Under the pieces are notes generated by a model. It made no database searches. It was not told the DNA's origin and saw nothing but the letters and a program-made list of their open reading frames with translations. Position numbers and translations under genes: made by a program. Positions 33,476-39,845 of a stretch of DNA of 39,845 nucleotides are shown in pieces (positions within the stretch are counted from its first letter, which is position 1; each line of letters starts with the position of its first letter). The DNA is from Escherichia phage vB_EcoP-101120B1-2: the sequence record MZ234022.1; one strand, given 5' to 3'.

Positions 33476-35833
33476 ATGCCACTAATTACTCAATCAATCA
33501 AGAACCTTAAAGGTGGCATTAGCCAGCAGCCAGACATCCTGAGGTTCTCGGACCAAGGCGAAGAACAGGTAAACTGCTGGTCATCAGAGAGTGATGGCCT
33601 ACAGAAGCGTCCACCTACAGTCTTCAAGAGACGTCTTAACATCGACGTTGGGAGCAACCCTAAGTTCCACCTGATTAACCGTGACGAGCATGAGCAGTAT
33701 TACATCGTGTTCAACGGGTCAAACATTCAGGTAGTTGACTTGAGTGGTAATCAATACTCAGTTTCCGGTGCGGTAGATTACGTTAAGTCGTCCAACCCGC
33801 GAGATGACATCCGTGTCGTTACTGTTGCAGACTATACGTTCGTCGTTAACCGTAAGGTTGTCGTTAAAGGTGGAAGCGATAAGTCACACTCTGGTTATAA
33901 TCGTAAAGCACGCGCTTTAATTAACCTGCGCGGTGGACAGTATGGTCGCACCCTTAAGGTAGGAATCAACGGTGGAGTTAAGGTCTCGCATAAGCTGCCA
34001 GCAGGTAATGATGCCGAGAATGACCCACCTAAGGTGGACGCTCAAGCCATTGGTGCAGCTCTGAGAGACCTTCTTGTTGCTGCCTATCCTACCTTCACGT
34101 TCGACCTTGGGTCTGGCTTCCTGCTAATCACAGCTCCTTCAGGGACCGACATTAACTCAGTGGAGACTGAGGATGGATACGCTAACCAGCTAATCAGCCC
34201 AGTCCTCGACACGGTGCAAACAATCTCTAAGTTGCCTCTTGCGGCTCCAAATGGGTACATCATTAAGATTCAAGGTGAGACCAACAGTAGCGCCGATGAA
34301 TATTACGTGATGTACGACTCCAACACTAAGACGTGGAAGGAGACAGTAGAGCCGGGAGTGGTCACTGGGTTCGATAACACCACAATGCCACATGCTCTGG
34401 TGAGACAATCTGACGGCTCCTTTGAGTTCAAGACTCTGGACTGGTCCAAGCGTGGTGCTGGTAATGATGACACAAACCCTATGCCTAGCTTCGTGGATGC
34501 CACGATTAACGATGTGTTCTTCTACAGGAACAGGCTGGGGTTCTTGTCAGGTGAGAACGTAATCATGAGCCGTTCAGCCAGCTACTTTGCGTTCTTCCCT
34601 AAGAGTGTGGCGACACTGAGTGATGATGACCCTATTGATGTAGCTGTAAGTCACCCTAGAATCTCAATACTTAAGTATGCCGTTCCGTTTAGCGAGCAGC
34701 TACTACTTTGGTCTGATGAGGTTCAGTTTGTGATGACAAGCTCTGGGGTCCTTACCTCGAAGTCTATCCAGCTTGATGTAGGCTCAGAGTTTGCCTTAGG
34801 TGACAATGCCAGACCGTTCGCTGTAGGACGCTCAGTCTTCTTCTCAGCTCCTCGTGGGTCATTCACCAGCATTAAGAGATACTTCGCTGTAGCTGATGTG
34901 TCTGATGTGAAGGATGCCGATGATACAACTGGTCACGTACTGTCCTACATCCCTAACGGGGTGTTTGATATTCAAGGTACAGGGACTGAGAACTACATCT
35001 GCGTCAACTCTACAGGTGCATACAACCGTATCTACATCTACAAGTTCTTGTTTAAGGATGGCGTACAGCTTCAAGCCTCTTGGTCACACTGGGAGTTCCC
35101 TAAAGCTGATAAGATTCTGGCATCTGCTTCCATTGGCTCTACCATGTTCATTGTTCGTCAGCACCAAGGCGGCGTGGACCTTGAGCACCTTAAGTTCATC
35201 AAGGAGGCAACTGACTTTCCGTCAGAGCCGTATAGACTCCACGTTGACTCCAAGGTGTCTATGGTCATCCCAATTGGCTCGTTTAATGCTGACACATATA
35301 AGACTACGGTTGACATTGGTGCTGCTTATGGTGGTAATGCCCCTTCTCCCGGTCGGTACTATCTGATTGACAGTCAGGGTGCTTATTTGGACCTTGGGGA
35401 CTTGACCAGTATCTCTACTGTGATTACCCTCAACGGCGATTGGTCAGGACGTACAGTGTTCATCGGGAGGCCCTATCTGATGTCCTACAAGTTCTCACGG
35501 TTCCTGATTAAGATTGAAGATGATAGTGGCACCCAGTCTGAAGACACTGGTCGTCTACAGCTTCGTCGGGCTTGGGTCAACTACAAGGACACTGGCGCTC
35601 TGAGACTCATTGTCAGAAACGGTGAGCGAGAGTTCGTTAACACCTTTAATGGGTACACCCTTGGTCAGCAGACCATAGGGACTACTAACATTGGTGACGG
35701 GCAGTATCGCTTCGCTATGAATGGTAACGCATTGACCACGAGTCTAACCTTAGAGTCCGACTATCCTACCCCAGTGTCAATCGTTGGGTGTGGCTGGGAG
35801 GCGTCATACGCTAAGAAAGCTCGTTCCGTTTAA
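33476..35833 (+). CDS. Tail tubular protein B (gp12 homolog)
   Basis: 785 aa, SD AAGGAGGG, at the T7 gene 12 position (T7 gp12 794 aa). Confidence 0.9.
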   Translation: MPLITQSIKNLKGGISQQPDILRFSDQGEEQVNCWSSESDGLQKRPPTVFKRRLNIDVGSNPKFHLINRDEHEQYYIVFNGSNIQVVDLSGNQYSVSGAVDYVKSSNPRDDIRVVTVADYTFVVNRKVVVKGGSDKSHSGYNRKARALINLRGGQYGRTLKVGINGGVKVSHKLPAGNDAENDPPKVDAQAIGAALRDLLVAAYPTFTFDLGSGFLLITAPSGTDINSVETEDGYANQLISPVLDTVQTISKLPLAAPNGYIIKIQGETNSSADEYYVMYDSNTKTWKETVEPGVVTGFDNTTMPHALVRQSDGSFEFKTLDWSKRGAGNDDTNPMPSFVDATINDVFFYRNRLGFLSGENVIMSRSASYFAFFPKSVATLSDDDPIDVAVSHPRISILKYAVPFSEQLLLWSDEVQFVMTSSGVLTSKSIQLDVGSEFALGDNARPFAVGRSVFFSAPRGSFTSIKRYFAVADVSDVKDADDTTGHVLSYIPNGVFDIQGTGTENYICVNSTGAYNRIYIYKFLFKDGVQLQASWSHWEFPKADKILASASIGSTMFIVRQHQGGVDLEHLKFIKEATDFPSEPYRLHVDSKVSMVIPIGSFNADTYKTTVDIGAAYGGNAPSPGRYYLIDSQGAYLDLGDLTSISTVITLNGDWSGRTVFIGRPYLMSYKFSRFLIKIEDDSGTQSEDTGRLQLRRAWVNYKDTGALRLIVRNGEREFVNTFNGYTLGQQTIGTTNIGDGQYRFAMNGNALTTSLTLESDYPTPVSIVGCGWEASYAKKARSV

Positions 35834-35840
35834 CTTATTG

Positions 35841-35890
35841 AAGGGCCTATAGATTTACCTTAACTATCACTATAGGGACTATAGGCCCTT
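35841..35890 (+). repeat. Perfect 12-bp inverted repeat (AAGGGCCTATAG / CTATAGGCCCTT) bracketing the gene 13 promoter (candidate processing hairpin, R13 position)
   Basis: Arms at 35841-35852 and 35879-35890 are exact reverse complements; the promoter core lies in the 26-nt loop. Confidence 0.5.
35858..35880 (+). promoter_or_regulatory. Phage RNA polymerase promoter (phi13 position), CTTAACTATCACTATAGGGACTA
   Basis: Core motif, intergenic between genes 12 and 13. Confidence 0.75.
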
Positions 35891-35919
35891 TAAGTTATAA
35901 TACTTTAATAGGAGACTTT

Positions 35920-36390
35920 ATGTATATTCGTAAAGCTACTGAACCCGATGTCCACCACTTTCTATGGAATCTTTCGGCAGATGATGTTAATGAGTGCAAA
36001 GCAAACTACGGGTCAACCGTGGGTCTCTCTGAAAGACTGCTTAAGCACCTATCTCCGTCATCTGTGGTTTTAACGAACGGTGTAGGCGAAGTGTTTGCCT
36101 ATGGTGGAAACCAAGGGGATAACGTATGGTTCTTGACTTCCGGTCTTGTCTATAAGCTGAGACCTAAAGAGAAGCGAGAGTTCATGAAGCGTATCTCTGA
36201 GTACAGGGACTTAATGTTAGACCAATACGGGACCATCTGGAACTACGTGTGGTCAGGCAATAAGTCTCACATTAAATTCTTGAAGTTGCTTGGGGCTAAA
36301 TTCCATGATGATTGGACTGTCAGCCCGGTAACTGGTGAGCGTTTTCAATTATTCACTATCTCTAAGGAGGACGTATGTGTGAACCCGTAA
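35920..36390 (+). CDS. Internal virion protein A (gp13-like, by position)
   Basis: 156 aa, SD AGGAGA; overlaps the gp14 start by 16 nt. Confidence 0.6.
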   Translation: MYIRKATEPDVHHFLWNLSADDVNECKANYGSTVGLSERLLKHLSPSSVVLTNGVGEVFAYGGNQGDNVWFLTSGLVYKLRPKEKREFMKRISEYRDLMLDQYGTIWNYVWSGNKSHIKFLKLLGAKFHDDWTVSPVTGERFQLFTISKEDVCVNP

Positions 36391-36962
36391 GTATCGGCAT
36401 GGGTATCATGGCTGTAGCCGGGGCCACTATGTCCGCATCCCAGCAGGCCAAGGCCGAAGGTGCAGCAATTGACGCTCAGAACCGACAGGCTCAGGAAATG
36501 GTTAAGCAGATGAACTACTCTGACGCCAACCTGAGGATGCAGGAGCGAGACCTGAAGGAGCAGCAGATGGCTGAACTGACAGAGACCACGCTCAACGGTA
36601 TCCGAAATCAGGGTATGGTACGAGCTGCGGTGGCTGAGTCCGGTCTGGAAGGTAACTCTATGGACAGGATTGAACGTCAGGTCGAAGGGGATACAGTCAA
36701 GGAGCGAGCAGGGATTACAGAAAGTTACAACCGCGACTATGCGGCTATCTTCGGGAACCGTATCGCCAACATTGAGAACACCAAGTCTGCTATCCGTGGT
36801 CAGGGTAAAATTATCAAGACCAGCCCACTGGCTCATGCACTTAATGTTGCAAGCGCCGGGATGCAGGGGTACGCTGCTGGTAAGTCAATCTCTGGGGCAT
36901 CAAGCTCTGGTGGTGCTGCACCGATTAGTGCTGCTAAAGGCACACCTACAGGTCATAGCTAA
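36375..36962 (+). CDS. Internal virion protein B (gp14 homolog)
   Basis: 195 aa vs T7 196; MC... N-terminus, GNSMDRIERQVEGD (T7 GSSMDRIKRVTEGQ), NRDYAAIF (T7 RRDYQAIF), C-terminal AAKGT.TG. Confidence 0.85.
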   Translation: MCEPVSIGMGIMAVAGATMSASQQAKAEGAAIDAQNRQAQEMVKQMNYSDANLRMQERDLKEQQMAELTETTLNGIRNQGMVRAAVAESGLEGNSMDRIERQVEGDTVKERAGITESYNRDYAAIFGNRIANIENTKSAIRGQGKIIKTSPLAHALNVASAGMQGYAAGKSISGASSSGGAAPISAAKGTPTGHS

Positions 36963-36973
36963 GAGGAGGACTA

Positions 36974-39256
36974 ATGGCTAGTAATATTGAATCAGCTCTG
37001 GCTAATCGGACTATGGGTCGCGGCAGAGCGCCGGGTAAAACTATCGCCGTAAACTATCAAGCAGCCAACGTTCAGGCTCCGACTGGGGACTCCGGGCTGG
37101 CTCGTGCATTGACTAACTTCGTTGAGTCTGGGACAGGATTGTACAAGCAGTTCAAGGACGATGAGAAGACCAGAGCTGACGAGCGGTCTAACGAGATTAT
37201 CCGTAAGTTGACACCTCAGCAGAGACGTGAGGCTATCCAGAACGGCACATTGCTGTATCAGGATGACCCTTACGCTATGGAAGCACTTCGAGTCAAGACT
37301 GGTCGTAATGCTGCCTTTGCCGTAGACGACGAGATTAACGTTAAGATTCAGAATGGTGAGTTCCGCACACGTCAGGAAATGGAAGAATATCGACACCAGC
37401 GACTTCAGGATGCCGCTAAGTCATATGCCGAAGAGGCGGGTATTAACCCTACCGACGAGTTCTTCCAGCGTGGATTCAACGATAACATCACGGACCGAAA
37501 CATCGCTATCTATGGGTCTTTCAATAAGTATTTCAGCAAGCAGTCTGAAGAGACAGCAATGTTGAACACTCGTATTGAGATGAACTCATTCCTGAACGAT
37601 GGGGACCTGATGCGTTCGCCTGAGTCTGGAAAGACCTTCATGGCCTACCTTCGGGATGGACTAACGACTGCAGCTATCCCTTCGGACCAGCGAGCACGAG
37701 AGGTCATTACCCAGACGGTACGTGACGCAATCCAGAAGTCTGGAGGCTCAAACTTCCTACAGCAAGTTCGAGGCGAGCGAATCACCCTTAACGGTGTGGA
37801 TGCTACAGTCGAAGAGATTGTAGGACCTGATGTCTTCAACGCTGCTATTGTTGAGGCACAGGGCACTGAGTACAAGCTGGTGGCTAAGTATCAGGAAGAC
37901 TTGGCTTTAGGCGTTCAGTCTGCGATTCTTCAGGATGACCCGACCATCGGTCTGGCCCAGATTCAGAAACTCAAGGAGCAGAACAACCTGCTTCAACCGG
38001 GTGAAGAACTCACGCCTCAGCGTCAGATGCTTATTAATGCCGAAGCCAGCTTGCTTGAAGCGGTCAAGCGTAAGTCTGCTGAACAGGCGAAGGAGAACAC
38101 TAAGTTAATCCAGACCCAGAACAAGCAACTGGTCATTGACCAAGTGTATCAGCGACGTCTGGCTGGGGACAACGTGTCCACCAACTATGAGGACCTTCCT
38201 GTCTCTGACGCTACAGGTGAGTTCAAGCGTTCAGATATGAACAACTACGCGTCTGCCAAGCTACAGCAGATTGACCAGATGGACATCCCTGAGGCTGCTA
38301 AGGACGCTCAGAAGGTGGCATTGTTAAGAGCTGACACTAACAACGGTCCATTCCGTAATGCCTTCCAGACGCTGACTCAGGACGCTGCTGGTGAGTGGCA
38401 AGCTGCGGTCATCCGTGGACAGTACGACCCAGACAAGATGAAACGCTTCGAGTCTCTTCGTCGTGCCTACACTCAGGACCCTTCAAGTTTCGCTGCTCTG
38501 TATCCTGACCAAGCTCAGTTGTTCTCTACGTTCGACCAGATGGACAAGATGGGTCTGGACCCTCAGACGATGATTGAAGCCGATAAGCAAGCTGCAAGTC
38601 AAAGCCGTGAGATGCGCATGGAGTCAGACAAGGCGTGGCAGGAGTTGAAGAACGACTCTCGGAATAAGGACCTTTCGCGTCTTCCTACGTCTCTGGACGC
38701 AAGTGCTCGTAAGGTCTGGGACTCATGGTACTACCGTACAGGTAACGCTGATGCTGCAACTCAGCAGACTCAACGATGGCTGAATGAAAATACCGTAACG
38801 TTCCAGTCTGAAGGTTCTGACGGTAAGTCCATCGGCATGGTGTCAAAGCACCAGCTTATGGTCGGGGATAACCCAGAGTCGTGGCAGGTTGGTCGAGACA
38901 TTATCGACACCGCTCGTAAGCAGCTCATTAAGGCCAACCCTTGGGTAGTGAACTCTCAGTTGTCCGTTGTTGAACAGAACGGCTCTATCTTCCTCCAAGA
39001 CGCTACAGGGACTATTCGTATTCGCTACGATAAAGAACTTGTAGGTAAACTCTACCGCGAACAACAGCAGAAGGCACAAGATGCCGCATACGCTCAGGCA
39101 GAACGTGACGCTAACAAGCGCGCGCGTATCGTCGGGACTAAAGCTGCTGGTGACAAACGTCGAGCTGACCGAGAGGCCAACATCGAGAAGCGCGGAGGGA
39201 TGTACAATGACGTCTCATTGGAGGGTATCGCAAACGTACTAATCGGTAAGGAGTAA
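36974..39256 (+). CDS. Internal virion protein C (gp15 homolog)
   Basis: 760 aa, SD GAGGAGG, at the T7 gene 15 position (T7 gp15 747 aa). Confidence 0.85.
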   Translation: MASNIESALANRTMGRGRAPGKTIAVNYQAANVQAPTGDSGLARALTNFVESGTGLYKQFKDDEKTRADERSNEIIRKLTPQQRREAIQNGTLLYQDDPYAMEALRVKTGRNAAFAVDDEINVKIQNGEFRTRQEMEEYRHQRLQDAAKSYAEEAGINPTDEFFQRGFNDNITDRNIAIYGSFNKYFSKQSEETAMLNTRIEMNSFLNDGDLMRSPESGKTFMAYLRDGLTTAAIPSDQRAREVITQTVRDAIQKSGGSNFLQQVRGERITLNGVDATVEEIVGPDVFNAAIVEAQGTEYKLVAKYQEDLALGVQSAILQDDPTIGLAQIQKLKEQNNLLQPGEELTPQRQMLINAEASLLEAVKRKSAEQAKENTKLIQTQNKQLVIDQVYQRRLAGDNVSTNYEDLPVSDATGEFKRSDMNNYASAKLQQIDQMDIPEAAKDAQKVALLRADTNNGPFRNAFQTLTQDAAGEWQAAVIRGQYDPDKMKRFESLRRAYTQDPSSFAALYPDQAQLFSTFDQMDKMGLDPQTMIEADKQAASQSREMRMESDKAWQELKNDSRNKDLSRLPTSLDASARKVWDSWYYRTGNADAATQQTQRWLNENTVTFQSEGSDGKSIGMVSKHQLMVGDNPESWQVGRDIIDTARKQLIKANPWVVNSQLSVVEQNGSIFLQDATGTIRIRYDKELVGKLYREQQQKAQDAAYAQAERDANKRARIVGTKAAGDKRRADREANIEKRGGMYNDVSLEGIANVLIGKE

Positions 39257-39260
39257 CATA

Positions 39261-39845
39261 ATGGCGACTCGTGGTATTCGCAATAACAATCCGGGTAACA
39301 TCCGGGTAAGTAAGGACCAATGGGAAGGAATGACTGGAGATGATGGCGCATTCGTCACCTTCGATAGTCCAGAGTCTGGCGTCCGAGCTTTAGGTAAAAA
39401 CCTGCTGTCCTACGGTCGCCAAGGTTATGATTCCATCGAGAAGATTATCAACAGATGGGCACCTCCTAACGAGAACGACACTAAGGCTTATATTGACTCA
39501 GTGGTGGCTGCAACTGGTATTCCAGCTACACAGAGTCTCGACCTATCGGACCCTGACACCCTGTCTTCTCTGGCACAAGCTATCAGCTTCCATGAGACAG
39601 GCTCACGGTACGACCCTGAAGTCTATCAGAAGGGAGTCGCACGGGCACTCAACGGCATTAGCCCAAAGACTCCACCAGTAAGCGCTAACGTATTTGACGC
39701 ACTCACGGAAGGACTCAAGGCTAAACCTAAAGTAGCTCTGGGTGAGAACCTTCCGACCGCTGCTGGTCTGAACATTGAGGGTCAAGCACCTGAATCTCCC
39801 AACGAATCGTTCGGTGAGATGTTCTATAAGGCTACTGGAGAGACC
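39261..39845 (+). CDS. Internal virion protein gp16, N-terminal 195 aa (ORF continues at position 1); this domain does not resemble the T7 gp16 lytic transglycosylase domain
   Basis: SD AAGGAG upstream of ATG; open to the window end and joins 1..3303 in frame. MATRGIRNNNPGNIRVSKDQWEGMTGDDGAFVTFDSPESGVRALGKNLLSYGRQGYDSIEKIINRWAPP... lacks the T7 AWTESRF motif. Confidence 0.85.
   Translation, partial: MATRGIRNNNPGNIRVSKDQWEGMTGDDGAFVTFDSPESGVRALGKNLLSYGRQGYDSIEKIINRWAPPNENDTKAYIDSVVAATGIPATQSLDLSDPDTLSSLAQAISFHETGSRYDPEVYQKGVARALNGISPKTPPVSANVFDALTEGLKAKPKVALGENLPTAAGLNIEGQAPESPNESFGEMFYKATGET

Noticed and set aside
34914-35366. 150-aa + strand alternative-frame ORF
   Set aside because: Entirely inside tail tubular protein B (gp12) in a different frame; no RBS.
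36345-36836. 163-aa minus-strand ORF and the + strand alternative-frame ORF 36670..36981
   Set aside because: Both overlap the gp14 coding region, which matches T7 gp14; no independent start signals.

Overview
The window is a circularly permuted, essentially complete genome (about 39.8 kb) of a T7-like lytic podovirus (Autographiviridae, Studiervirinae-type layout). Every supported gene is on the + strand and collinear with coliphage T7. The gene 16 ORF runs off the window end (39261..39845) and continues in frame at position 1 (1..3303), so the window is a rotated circular assembly; the physical genome ends are predicted near 10122 by similarity to the T7 left end. Order in window coordinates: gp16 C-part, tailspike gp17, holin, small terminase, Rz/Rz1 spanins, an inserted HNH endonuclease, large terminase, gp19.5-like ORF, terminal region, host-type early promoters, early genes (Ocr homolog with a C-terminal extension, several small unknown ORFs, no gp0.7 kinase), RNA polymerase, gp1.1, gp1.2, ligase, gp1.7, gp2, SSB gp2.5, endonuclease I, amidase/lysozyme, primase-helicase, DNA polymerase, gp5.5, gp5.7, exonuclease, gp6.7, gp7.3, portal, scaffold, major capsid, tail tubular A/B, internal virion proteins gp13-15, gp16 N-part. 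Eleven copies of a phage promoter with consensus AAACTATCACTATAGG (distinct from T7, T3, SP6 and K11 promoters) sit at T7-like intergenic positions. Two families of conserved hairpins occupy the positions of T7 RNase III sites. Most noteworthy: a depolymerase-type tailspike with a C-terminal auto-cleaving chaperone domain, a -1 frameshift extension of the capsid gene, a tRNA-like element upstream of the primase-helicase gene, and several accessory ORFs at positions empty in T7. All functional calls rest on my recollection of T7 protein sequences and on motifs read in the translations; no database search was run.
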